This document shows, in pieces, positions 37,955 through 47,033 of a DNA stretch of 64,000 bases. The notes under the pieces were generated by a model. That model worked only from the letters and a program-made list of their open reading frames with translations, had not been told where the DNA came from and ran no database searches. Source of the DNA: Candidatus Komeilibacteria bacterium CG11_big_fil_rev_8_21_14_0_20_36_20 (GTDB lineage Bacteria; Patescibacteriota; Patescibacteriia; UBA1558; GWA2-36-10); assembly GCA_002787405.1 (NCBI GenBank), contig PCWQ01000007.1:31296-95295 (forward strand), read 5' to 3'. How positions within the stretch are numbered: position 1 is the stretch's first letter; every line of letters begins with the position of its first letter. Both the position numbers and the translations under genes were made by a program.

Positions 37955-39057
37955 AATTTAACAATCTGTTCTGTATTATCACTAAATTTTTCCCTCATTA
38001 ACTGACGCCCGTTTTCTCCTAGGCGCTCTGCTTCGGTTGGAGAATTTAATAAATATAAAATTTTATCAGCCATAGCTTGAGCGTCTCCGATCGGCACCAG
38101 CCAGCCGTTATAACCATCTCGCACTATTTCTTTGGCTCCGGTGGTGGCGGTTGCCACAACCGGCTTGCCACAGGCGTTGGCCTCCACTAATACTTTGCCG
38201 AAACTTTCAGAATCTGATGACAAAACAAACAAATCACAATTTCTATATTCTTTCGGTAAATCATCATGATCTTTGGCTCCTAATAATTCTATATAATCTA
38301 AACCAGCTGTTAATTTTTTTATTTTATCTTTTTCAGGCCCCGCACCAGCAATACGAAGTATGATATCCTTTCTTTTCTTATAAACAATCTCTATTGCTTT
38401 TATTAACAAAGGAATATTTTTAACTATTACCAATCGTCCTACCGAAAGAATAATTTTTTTATCTCTACTTTGTTTCTTTTCTACAGGTAAAGAAAACTTC
38501 TGTAAATCAACGGGCGTGGGGATTACTCGAATTTTATTTTCTCTAAGGCCAAAATTAATTAGCTTATCCTTAATGCCTTGACTCATTACCCGAATAGCGT
38601 CCGCTTGCCTAACGACCTTCTGGCCTAAAATCAATAACAAGCGATTATACCAATCTTCTCTCAGCCATAGTTTGTTGTCAAAAAAATCTCCGTGAAAATG
38701 GATTAACAACTGACAATTAAATTTTTTCTTCACCAAAGTGCCAACCAATCCTGTCAAAAAAGGATCCTGCGTCAAAACTAAATCAATTTTATTTTGTAAA
38801 CAAATATTCTTAGCAATCTTCCAGGCATCCCACAAAAAATTTATCTGATTAGCCGAATTAGTCGGATAAACAAAAACATTATGAGATAATTTTTTATTTT
38901 TTAAATTTAAACTTTTCTTAGCATAAGTAATAGAATGAATACTGTTAACATATTTACCATATTCTATATTGCGAATCTGCGCATCACCAAAATCCGGCTG
39001 ATTCATTGCCAAAGTCGGATCCCAGGAAACAGTCAAAATGTTAATTGCTCTAGCCAT
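37918..39057 (-). CDS. family 4 glycosyltransferase
   Basis: The GT4 motif reads FGKVLVEANACGKPVVATATTGAKEIV. Confidence 0.8.
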   Translation of the reverse strand: MARAINILTVSWDPTLAMNQPDFGDAQIRNIEYGKYVNSIHSITYAKKSLNLKNKKLSHNVFVYPTNSANQINFLWDAWKIAKNICLQNKIDLVLTQDPFLTGLVGTLVKKKFNCQLLIHFHGDFFDNKLWLREDWYNRLLLILGQKVVRQADAIRVMSQGIKDKLINFGLRENKIRVIPTPVDLQKFSLPVEKKQSRDKKIILSVGRLVIVKNIPLLIKAIEIVYKKRKDIILRIAGAGPEKDKIKKLTAGLDYIELLGAKDHDDLPKEYRNCDLFVLSSDSESFGKVLVEANACGKPVVATATTGAKEIVRDGYNGWLVPIGDAQAMADKILYLLNSPTEAERLGENGRQLMREKFSDNTEQIVKFWEDIIEQKLPR

Positions 39058-40493
39058 TATGTTTTTCTAATAAGATTATAAATTTTTCTTAAAGCTTTAC
39101 CTAAAACGCCTTTCTGCTCAATGGCGATGCCTGATAAATATTCCACAGCGTAAATATCAAGGGCTAAGCCAAAAAAACGATGACGGATCCTCCACTCAAA
39201 CCAGCTGATCACTGGACCTAATCTCCAATTTAAAAATTTAAAATATTCCCGAATGCGCCAGACCTTTTTAACGTCAGTCCAAGGCGATTCAAAATTCTTG
39301 CGAAAACGATCTATTTTGCCCCAATCCTCGGTTCTGGTTGGCGGCTGAAAACCGCTTTCTATGGCAAAATCATACATTTTTGAACCAGGATAAGGCAAAT
39401 AAGCCCCAAGGGTAAAAACGGCCTGCGGATGAATTTTATAGATTTGATACAATAAATCAATAGTTGACTCAAACTCTTCTTCGGTCTCTGTCGGCAGTCC
39501 AACAATCACCGAATAGCTGGCCGGCAAATCGTATTTTTTTAAGATTTTCACTGCTTCAATTATTTTGTCTGTCGTGAATTTTTTGTCTATTAACTTCAAT
39601 AAACGGTTACTGCCAGATTCAACGCCAATAAGCATATCAAACACCCGATACTCTTTTAATTTCGCCGCTACCTCATCATTAATGGAATCAATCCTAATCT
39701 CCAGATGGGAAGGCAGATTAATGCGTTCTAATATTTCCAGAGCCCGATACTTATTAACAAAAAAATTATCATCATAAAATTTAATGGCGTCAATATTGTA
39801 TTTTTCTTTTAAAAAGTTAATATCCTCAACCACCGCATCAATAGACCAAGTGCGCCATTTATTTTTATTAAAGGCATTATTATAACAAAAAGCACAATTA
39901 AAAGGACAACCGCGGGAACTTTTATAAGCAATCGCCCTTTTATACTTTCCTAAAGGGAAAATAAATTTAGACATGTCAATTAAAGAAAAATCTAAACGGT
40001 ATTGATCAAGATTTTCTATAAAAGGCCGCCAAGGATTAATCACCGGCTGATTATTCTTTTTATAACCAACGCCCAACACTCCTTCCATTTCTTTCTGATC
40101 TACAATCCGCTGGGTAAACTCAACCACACTGATTTCACCCTCGGAAATAATAACATAATCAATATAATCTTCCTGCAGACATTGTTCTGGTAAAAGTGAA
40201 GGATGGATACCGCCCCACAAAACAGGAATGGAACTTTTGGCTTTAATCCTTTGTGATAACTCGGCGCTGTGTTGAGTTTGGATACCGGTCATGATCGACA
40301 AACCAAAATATAACGGCTTTTCTTTAACAATATAATCAGCCGTGTCATTAATTTCTTTTTCAGTAATATTAATCAACTCTACCGTAAAACCTGCTTCTTT
40401 TAGAGCACTGCCCACGCATAAAATCCCCATTGGCAGAATCTTCTCTGAATGATCTTGACTATAATTAATTTGCGCTAAAATAATCTTAGGCAT
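39057..40493 (-). CDS. cobalamin-binding radical SAM enzyme
   Basis: A B12-binding-like N-terminal domain is followed by CPFNCAFCY. Confidence 0.8.
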   Translation of the reverse strand: MPKIILAQINYSQDHSEKILPMGILCVGSALKEAGFTVELINITEKEINDTADYIVKEKPLYFGLSIMTGIQTQHSAELSQRIKAKSSIPVLWGGIHPSLLPEQCLQEDYIDYVIISEGEISVVEFTQRIVDQKEMEGVLGVGYKKNNQPVINPWRPFIENLDQYRLDFSLIDMSKFIFPLGKYKRAIAYKSSRGCPFNCAFCYNNAFNKNKWRTWSIDAVVEDINFLKEKYNIDAIKFYDDNFFVNKYRALEILERINLPSHLEIRIDSINDEVAAKLKEYRVFDMLIGVESGSNRLLKLIDKKFTTDKIIEAVKILKKYDLPASYSVIVGLPTETEEEFESTIDLLYQIYKIHPQAVFTLGAYLPYPGSKMYDFAIESGFQPPTRTEDWGKIDRFRKNFESPWTDVKKVWRIREYFKFLNWRLGPVISWFEWRIRHRFFGLALDIYAVEYLSGIAIEQKGVLGKALRKIYNLIRKT

Positions 40494-40498
40494 ATTCT

Positions 40499-41941
40499 CT
40501 ACTTGGTGACAAATTTCTTAGCTAGTTTAAATTCTAATGGAAAAGCAAAAAACTTTAATTTCCATCTCAACTTGCATAAGAGCACAAAAACTAATTTAAT
40601 CAATTTTTGCGCCTTAATGCTGGAGCCCATCGCGCTACTGATACTATGCGCGCCAAATCTAACATAGGCCTCCATTGATTCCACAAAATCTTTATGCTTG
40701 ACCCAAGGAAAATTTTGGACAGTTAAATAACTTAATTCATTTTCTACTAAGTGCGCCCATGCTTCTGAGTTTTGTGGAGCTTTCCAGCCAGCGGCCAAAC
40801 ATTCCTGATATAATTCTGATCCAGGATATGGCCGAAAAGCTTGTGGGCCTAAAATCTGCACTTTATTATCTAATTTAATCAACTTGTCAATCAAATCCAA
40901 GGTCATTCTCATATCTTTTTTGGATTCACCGGGCAAACCAATCATAAAAGAATATTGCGGGATAATATCATATTTTAAACACATCTTAGCTGAATGTAAA
41001 ATTTCCGCCGGTGTAATATCTTTTTTAATTTTTTTTAAGATAATCGGACTACCTGACTCCGCGCCAAAAGATAATAAATAACAACCTGACCTTTTCAGTT
41101 TTGCCATTAACTGATCATCAATCCTTCCTTCTCTAATATAATTAGCCCTGACTGTTGTTTCCCAAGGAATAGTTAATCCTTTTGCAATCATACCTTCGAT
41201 AATTTTCTTTGATCTTTCAATATCCACAAAAAAATTTTCGTCCCAAAAACGCAATCTCTTACCTTTAAAATAATCTTTCTCCTTAATTATTTTGATATCT
41301 TCCAAAACCTGCCCCACTGTGCGATATCTCCACCTATTCTTCAAAATGGCATTAATACAAAAAGTACATCTGTGTGGACATCCTCTCGAAGTTAAAGAAG
41401 GAATGATATCTAATTTATACAAAATACTCTTAGGCATTAGATCCCATTTAAATAAAGGCATCTTGGCCGGATCATGTAATTCCTGAGGCGGATTAATAAC
41501 AATGCTGCTATCTTTATAGGCAATGCCTTGAATTTTATTTAAATCCTTATGACTGGCGATCTCATACAAAGTATGTTCTCCCTCACCCACACAAACAATA
41601 TCCACTAAGGGATGGTCAATGGTCTGCTCAACAAAAAATGTTGGGTGCGAGCCCCCCCAAATAATCGTGCAGTCTGGCTTAATATCCTTAATAAATTTAC
41701 TAACTTCCAAAGCATTGGAAATTTGAGTGGTCATCACGGAAATGCCAGCATAATCACAGTCAACAATCTTTTCTTTTATTAAATCAAAATAATTCTTTTC
41801 ACGAGCACCATCAACAATCTCCACCGGCATGTCTTTACTATTCAAATAACTAGCTAAACTTAACAAGCCAACCGAAATTGAGCTGTCATAATTTTCTTTG
41901 GCAATATTAAAAGGTGGATTGATTAATAAAACTTTACTCAT
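40499..41941 (-). CDS. cobalamin-binding radical SAM enzyme
   Basis: A B12-binding-like N-terminal domain is followed by CPHRCTFCINA. Confidence 0.8.
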   Translation of the reverse strand: MSKVLLINPPFNIAKENYDSSISVGLLSLASYLNSKDMPVEIVDGAREKNYFDLIKEKIVDCDYAGISVMTTQISNALEVSKFIKDIKPDCTIIWGGSHPTFFVEQTIDHPLVDIVCVGEGEHTLYEIASHKDLNKIQGIAYKDSSIVINPPQELHDPAKMPLFKWDLMPKSILYKLDIIPSLTSRGCPHRCTFCINAILKNRWRYRTVGQVLEDIKIIKEKDYFKGKRLRFWDENFFVDIERSKKIIEGMIAKGLTIPWETTVRANYIREGRIDDQLMAKLKRSGCYLLSFGAESGSPIILKKIKKDITPAEILHSAKMCLKYDIIPQYSFMIGLPGESKKDMRMTLDLIDKLIKLDNKVQILGPQAFRPYPGSELYQECLAAGWKAPQNSEAWAHLVENELSYLTVQNFPWVKHKDFVESMEAYVRFGAHSISSAMGSSIKAQKLIKLVFVLLCKLRWKLKFFAFPLEFKLAKKFVTK

Positions 41942-41942
41942 G

Positions 41943-43097
41943 CTACACTTCTTTTAACAATTTTACTGTTTCATTAATTGTATTTTCCCAATTAAATTTC
42001 TTTAAAGTTAACTTAGCATTATTAACTAAATTATCAGCAAATTGTTCATCACTTAATATTTTGATAGCTGCATTCTTTAATTCTTCAATATTATTATAAC
42101 CAATTAATAAACCATTTCTATGATTCTCAATAACTTCCGGGTTACCTCCAATATTAGTTGTAATGATTGGAACGGCTGCTTTAATAGCTTCTAATAAAGT
42201 ATGTGATAAACCTTCATAATTTGTATTTAAAACAAATAGATCTGCTGCCTTAAAATAATTGATAATTTCATCATGTCTAATTCTGCCCAGAAAATGAACA
42301 CTATCGGCAACGTTGAATTCATTGGCTAGATGCTTTAAATTATCCATTTCCGGACCATCTCCCAAAACAAGAAAATTAACGTTACCTATTTTTTGTTTAA
42401 TCTGTGGTAAGGATTTGATAATCCCATCAACTCCTTTCCAGCGGGTAAGCCGACAGGCGGTAACAATTATCTCTGCATCCTGACCATATTGTTTTTTAAT
42501 TTCTTCAACTTTATCTAGTTGAACAACGTTGTCTTTAATAAAATCTATGGAATTATAAATAACTTTAATTCTATCTTTATCAACACCAATTTTTTCAGCG
42601 ATCATGGCAATAAAATTACTAACGGCAATAATTCTATTGGCATTAACCAAAATTTTCTGCCTTCTCTTTTTTAACCTTTCAATCTGATCATTATAAACCT
42701 TATCCTGAAAATCAACGATGTAATCCTGAGTCCAACCGCTGGCTACGGCCATCTCCCAAGCTCCGTCACCGGCAAAACGCACAATATATTTCTTACCGGT
42801 CATCTTTTTAATTAAGTAAGCAAAATATCCGACGCTATAAGTATCGGTAACATAAATTAAATCTGCCTGGCGTGACAATCTGAACATCTTCCATAAATAC
42901 TGCCAACGGCTAAAAAATTTATTTTTGACAATTCTAAAAACTTCTTCCCTATCATTATTATGTTTTTTAATATTGGAATAAGTAATTATCTGTACACTTA
43001 AACCTTTCTCCTTTAAAGAATAGGAAAGGGCTTCCAAAATTGTTGCTGGTCCTCCAATATCCGGCGGATAAATACCTGTTGCGATTAAAATTTTCAT
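41943..43097 (-). CDS. family 4 glycosyltransferase
   Basis: The GT4 C-terminal domain reads EGLSHTLLEAIKAAVPIITTNIGGNPEVI. Confidence 0.8.
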   Translation of the reverse strand: MKILIATGIYPPDIGGPATILEALSYSLKEKGLSVQIITYSNIKKHNNDREEVFRIVKNKFFSRWQYLWKMFRLSRQADLIYVTDTYSVGYFAYLIKKMTGKKYIVRFAGDGAWEMAVASGWTQDYIVDFQDKVYNDQIERLKKRRQKILVNANRIIAVSNFIAMIAEKIGVDKDRIKVIYNSIDFIKDNVVQLDKVEEIKKQYGQDAEIIVTACRLTRWKGVDGIIKSLPQIKQKIGNVNFLVLGDGPEMDNLKHLANEFNVADSVHFLGRIRHDEIINYFKAADLFVLNTNYEGLSHTLLEAIKAAVPIITTNIGGNPEVIENHRNGLLIGYNNIEELKNAAIKILSDEQFADNLVNNAKLTLKKFNWENTINETVKLLKEV

Positions 43098-43202
43098 AAT
43101 TTCTATTTATAATTTATAGTAGCAACCCTGAGCGACCTCGAGTCTGTGAAGAGGGAGTCGAAGGGTGGCGATTAAAATTTTCATAATTTCTATTTATAAT
43201 TT
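43081..43202. repeat. 35-bp perfect direct repeat (43081..43115 and 43168..43202) flanking a 52-bp GC-rich insert
   Basis: The sequence gcgattaaaattttcataatttctatttataattt occurs twice. It contains the start codon plus 18 nt upstream of the GT4 gene at 41943..43097. The intervening sequence is about 60% GC in a background of about 30% GC. Confidence 0.85.
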
Positions 43203-43923
43203 TCTTAAAAATACACACTAATGCTTGACCATAATTTTTAAACATAGGCAGTTTACAAAAATAATTATCAATAGTATGAATAAACTTATTAGAAAACCAA
43301 AATCTTGGTATCTTTAAATAATGAAGTGGAGGAAACAAAGTGCTGGCTCTGGAATCAACTAAAACGAAGTTTTGCTTCTCCATAATCTCAATCCATTTTC
43401 TTAATTTAAAATCATATTGATGTTGATTAGGGTCCCACCCTTCTTTATAAACCGTCTTGCCTTTTCTTCTAATAATTTTACGCCCGACAAATCGAAATAA
43501 ATTTTCCCATTTATCATGCATGGCCGGAAAAGTAATTAATACTTCTCCATCATCTTTTAATAACCTATAAATCTCACTTACTAACTTATCTGGATTAATA
43601 ACGTGCTCGATAATATCAATAGCAATACATTTATCAAAGGGTTCATCTAAAGGTAAATCTTCTACATTGGCTTCCCTGGCCTCAAAATTATCTATTTCAT
43701 AATATTCCATCAATTTTCGGGCGGTTTCTAAACTCTTAGAATTTATATCAACGCCTACCATTCTCTTAAAATTTCCTTTGTAGGTCAGCGCCTGTACACC
43801 GTCACCACAACCAACATTCAACACGGAATCTTCTTTGTTGATTGGAAAAAATTCTGGATAAATAACCCCCGATGTTAATTTCCCTTTTTTAAATTCAAAG
43901 TCTGGATATTTTCTTTCTCGCAT
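43114..43923 (-). CDS. class I SAM-dependent methyltransferase
   Basis: LNVGCGDGVQALTY and LKDDGEVLITFP are present. The last 17 aa or so are encoded by the GC-rich insert and the second repeat copy. Confidence 0.7.
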   Translation of the reverse strand: MRERKYPDFEFKKGKLTSGVIYPEFFPINKEDSVLNVGCGDGVQALTYKGNFKRMVGVDINSKSLETARKLMEYYEIDNFEAREANVEDLPLDEPFDKCIAIDIIEHVINPDKLVSEIYRLLKDDGEVLITFPAMHDKWENLFRFVGRKIIRRKGKTVYKEGWDPNQHQYDFKLRKWIEIMEKQNFVLVDSRASTLFPPLHYLKIPRFWFSNKFIHTIDNYFCKLPMFKNYGQALVCIFKKIINRNYENFNRHPSTPSSQTRGRSGLLL

Positions 43924-43925
43924 GA

Positions 43926-45068
43926 TTATCTTTTCATATTTTGGAAAATAATCTTCATTTTAGCGGCAACGCTGTCCCAAGAATATTTTTCTAAAACAAG
44001 CTGGCGACCGTTATCAGCAATCCGCTGATATAAATCTTTATCCCTGACATATCTCTCTACGGCCTGGCCAATACTAACTGGATTTCTAACTTTACAAAAA
44101 ACTCCGGTTTCTCCATCTTTTAAAAAATCGGGAATTCCACCTACCTCTGTGCCAATAATCGGCGTGCCAAGCACCATCGCTTCCAAAAAAGAATTACCTA
44201 GTCCCTCTGATAAAGACGGGCGGATAAAAATATCAGACATTTCCACATATTTTGGCAATTGACTGTGCTCCATATAACCTAAGAATAAAACATGGTCGGC
44301 TATACCAAGCTTCTTGGCCAGATTTTTCAATTCCTCTTCATCTGGTCCAGTGCCTAAAATAATCAATTTGGCTTTAATCCCACTTTTAAACAACAAAAAA
44401 TTCATAGATTTAATCAAATCATCTAAACCGTTTTTTAAAGCCAAACGCGAAGTAGTGATGAGTACAGTTTGATCAGGGCTAATGCCTAATTCACTTTTCA
44501 TTTTCTCTTTTTCCTCCACCGACAAAGTGTTTTTAAAAACATTAAAATCAACTCCATTGGGGATTAAGACTATTTCTCCTTTATTACCCTCTTTCCTAGA
44601 ACGTTTGGCTAAAAATTTACTAATCGCCTGGGTAATTTTAGCCCGACGGTAAATTCTCTTATATAAAAAACTCCAAAACCAAGTTCTCTTTCTTAAAAAT
44701 TCATCGCTGTCTCCGCTTTGTAAAGTTAAAAGATAAGAAACTTTGATTCGGTATTTCAAAAACAAAGCAGCCAGGCCAGCATAAAAAGCCATCATACTCC
44801 AAGCAAAATCAAATTTAATTCGTCGATGGAGTTTAACCGCATAGGCAACAGCTCGAAAAGGAAATAGATATTTATCGATTTTTTTGCCTTGGCCCAGACG
44901 ATAAATATAAACCTGGCCGATTTTTTCCTGCTCCGGCCATTGGGCGTCGAATTTATTAGTAATTAAATGATATTCATTTTCCGGCAAACGATCGGTTATT
45001 TCTTTAATCGCTATTTCTGCTCCGCCGACAAAAGGATAATAGGCAATGGAAAATATTAAGATTTTCAT
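43926..45068 (-). CDS. family 4 glycosyltransferase
   Basis: The GT4 C-terminal domain reads EGLGNSFLEAMVLGTPIIGTEVGGIPDFL. Confidence 0.8.
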   Translation of the reverse strand: MKILIFSIAYYPFVGGAEIAIKEITDRLPENEYHLITNKFDAQWPEQEKIGQVYIYRLGQGKKIDKYLFPFRAVAYAVKLHRRIKFDFAWSMMAFYAGLAALFLKYRIKVSYLLTLQSGDSDEFLRKRTWFWSFLYKRIYRRAKITQAISKFLAKRSRKEGNKGEIVLIPNGVDFNVFKNTLSVEEKEKMKSELGISPDQTVLITTSRLALKNGLDDLIKSMNFLLFKSGIKAKLIILGTGPDEEELKNLAKKLGIADHVLFLGYMEHSQLPKYVEMSDIFIRPSLSEGLGNSFLEAMVLGTPIIGTEVGGIPDFLKDGETGVFCKVRNPVSIGQAVERYVRDKDLYQRIADNGRQLVLEKYSWDSVAAKMKIIFQNMKR

Positions 45069-45142
45069 AAAACAAGACTTGCTTTACCTTATTAAATACT
45101 ATAAAATTATACCAGTATTTACGAAATAAATCAATTGATAAA

Positions 45143-46342
45143 ATGCCTAATCTTAGCAAAAAAGATAAATTAAAAAACCAAAAAATCCTCTTCTTAATCA
45201 CCCAAACTAAGTGGGGTGGAGCCCAGAAGTATGTTTTAGAATTGGCTGAATACTTTAGCCAAAACAATGAAATTCACCTGACCTATGGAGAAACTGATAA
45301 TATTAACCAGCAGTTTCTAAATTATTGTAAAGAATTAAAAATCAAAACCATACCAATCCCCACTTTACACAGGAAAATAAATTTTACCAAAGATTTCCTA
45401 GCCATAGTCGATACGCTCAAAATTTTGAATAAAGAAAATTATAATTTAATTCACCTCAATAGTTCTAAAGCTAGTTTTGTCGGCAGCGTGGCTGCTAAAA
45501 TGTACAGCTATAACCCAGCCAACACAAAAACGCGGGTTGTTTACACGGCTCATGGCTTTGTCTTCAATGAACCATTGTCTAAAATAAGAAAAAAGGCATA
45601 TATCTTTTCAGAAAAAATAGCGGCTGCTTTTCAATATTTAATCATTGCTGTTTCTGAAACCGACCGGCAAAGTGCTATTGACCAGCAAATATGTAATCCT
45701 AATAAAATTTTCACCGTGCACAACGGCTTGAATTTTGATAAATATAATTTTTATAGTAAAGAAGAAGCCAGAAATAAATTAAATTTATCAGCAGATAAAA
45801 AATATTTTGGCACGATTGCCAGCTTTTATGAAACTAAGGGCTATGAATATTTAGTAGAAGCCATTAAAATACTGCGAAATAAACAGTCTCAAATCTTAAA
45901 AAATTATCAGTGGGTCTTAATTGGTGAAGGACCAAATCTAGAAAAAATAAAAAAACAAGTCGCAGACAATAATTTGTCTCCCTACATTAAATTTATTCCT
46001 GCTCAAGATAATGACTGGAAATTTTTAAAAGCTTTTGACTGTTTTATTTTGCCTTCAATCAAAGAAGGCCTGCCTTATACTATTCTGGAAGCTGGCTTAG
46101 CTCAAATTCCGATCATTGCCACCAAAGTTGGCGGTCTTCCTGAAATCATTACCAATGAAAAAACCGGCTTATTGATAACGCCGGCTAATCCTCTCTCTTT
46201 AGCGCAAGCTATGGAAAAAATGTCTCAAGATCATGATCTCTCTGAAAAATTTGCAGAAAGCAACTATCAAAATATTAAAAATAATTTTAATCTCCAAAAT
46301 ACTTTAGATAAGACTGAAGAACTATATTTAAAATTATTTTAA
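45143..46342 (+). CDS. family 4 glycosyltransferase
   Basis: EGLPYTILEAGLAQIPIIATKVGGLPEII. This is the only plus-strand gene in the right half of the cluster, divergent from 43926..45068. Confidence 0.8.
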   Translation: MPNLSKKDKLKNQKILFLITQTKWGGAQKYVLELAEYFSQNNEIHLTYGETDNINQQFLNYCKELKIKTIPIPTLHRKINFTKDFLAIVDTLKILNKENYNLIHLNSSKASFVGSVAAKMYSYNPANTKTRVVYTAHGFVFNEPLSKIRKKAYIFSEKIAAAFQYLIIAVSETDRQSAIDQQICNPNKIFTVHNGLNFDKYNFYSKEEARNKLNLSADKKYFGTIASFYETKGYEYLVEAIKILRNKQSQILKNYQWVLIGEGPNLEKIKKQVADNNLSPYIKFIPAQDNDWKFLKAFDCFILPSIKEGLPYTILEAGLAQIPIIATKVGGLPEIITNEKTGLLITPANPLSLAQAMEKMSQDHDLSEKFAESNYQNIKNNFNLQNTLDKTEELYLKLF

Positions 46343-46908
46343 CCTTCGAGGTCGATTTCAACTAATCTTCTGATATAAACATCTAAATTCTTAGTATACT
46401 CTTGAAAGTCAACTAGATAATCCTGGTTGACTAATTTAAATTTTGCTCGATGAATATAATCATAATGGGAGCTGTAGAGCCAATCATTAATATTCTTTGT
46501 TAACTTATGTTTAAGCGGATTTAGATTAATATAACTAATGACAGTCTCAAGATAATTATCATCTTCGACAAGTTTAGACTTAAATGAACCCGCAAAAATT
46601 CTCCCTGAATGCTCTTTATGTATATTAAAATATTTACTATAAGAATTAGATAAAAGTGAAATAAAACGAGATATAGCTGATGATTCGACCTTCGAGGTCA
46701 AATCCGGCTCTTGCAATAGAAAATGCCAATGGTTGGGCATTACGCAATAAGCTAGAATTTTAACATGCGTTTTTTCTTTATAAAATAAAGCTTTTTCAAG
46801 AAAATAAGTATAATCTTGCTCCGTATAAAAAATAGTCCTTTTTTCCACCGCACGATTATAAATATGGTGGATAGTATTGGGGAAAAAATTTCTTGGTTTA
46901 TTAGGCAT
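46339..46908 (-). CDS. IS200/IS605-family Y1 (HUH) transposase-like protein, probably a REP-associated tyrosine transposase (RAYT)
   Basis: The HUH motif reads CVMPNHWHFLLQ. A C-terminal WLYSSHYDY (W-x-SS...Y) is present. 189 aa. The gene is flanked by palindromic repeats. Confidence 0.75.
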   Translation of the reverse strand: MPNKPRNFFPNTIHHIYNRAVEKRTIFYTEQDYTYFLEKALFYKEKTHVKILAYCVMPNHWHFLLQEPDLTSKVESSAISRFISLLSNSYSKYFNIHKEHSGRIFAGSFKSKLVEDDNYLETVISYINLNPLKHKLTKNINDWLYSSHYDYIHRAKFKLVNQDYLVDFQEYTKNLDVYIRRLVEIDLEG

Positions 46909-46919
46909 AAAACAAAATC

Positions 46920-46950
46920 AACCTCGAAGGTTGTTTCAACCTTCGAGGTT
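46920..46950. repeat. REP-like hairpin: 13-bp perfect stem (aacctcgaaggtt / aaccttcgaggtt) with a 5-nt loop, immediately 5' of the RAYT gene
   Basis: Inverted repeat verified by eye. Related copies of aaccttcgaggtc lie at 46341..46355, 46686..46700 and 47023..47036. Confidence 0.8.
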
Positions 46951-47033
46951 ATAAATCAAAAATAAAAAAACCGCTTTTCTTCATATGTAAAATAATATCC
47001 AAATCTTACAATATTGTCAACCAACCTTCGAGG

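Noticed and set aside
45004-45267. An 87-aa minus-strand ORF that overlaps the 5' end of the GT4 gene at 43926..45068 and the divergent promoter region.
   Set aside because: It overlaps a well-supported GT4 start and the intergenic promoter. It shows low complexity and no motif, so it is most likely a spurious ORF.
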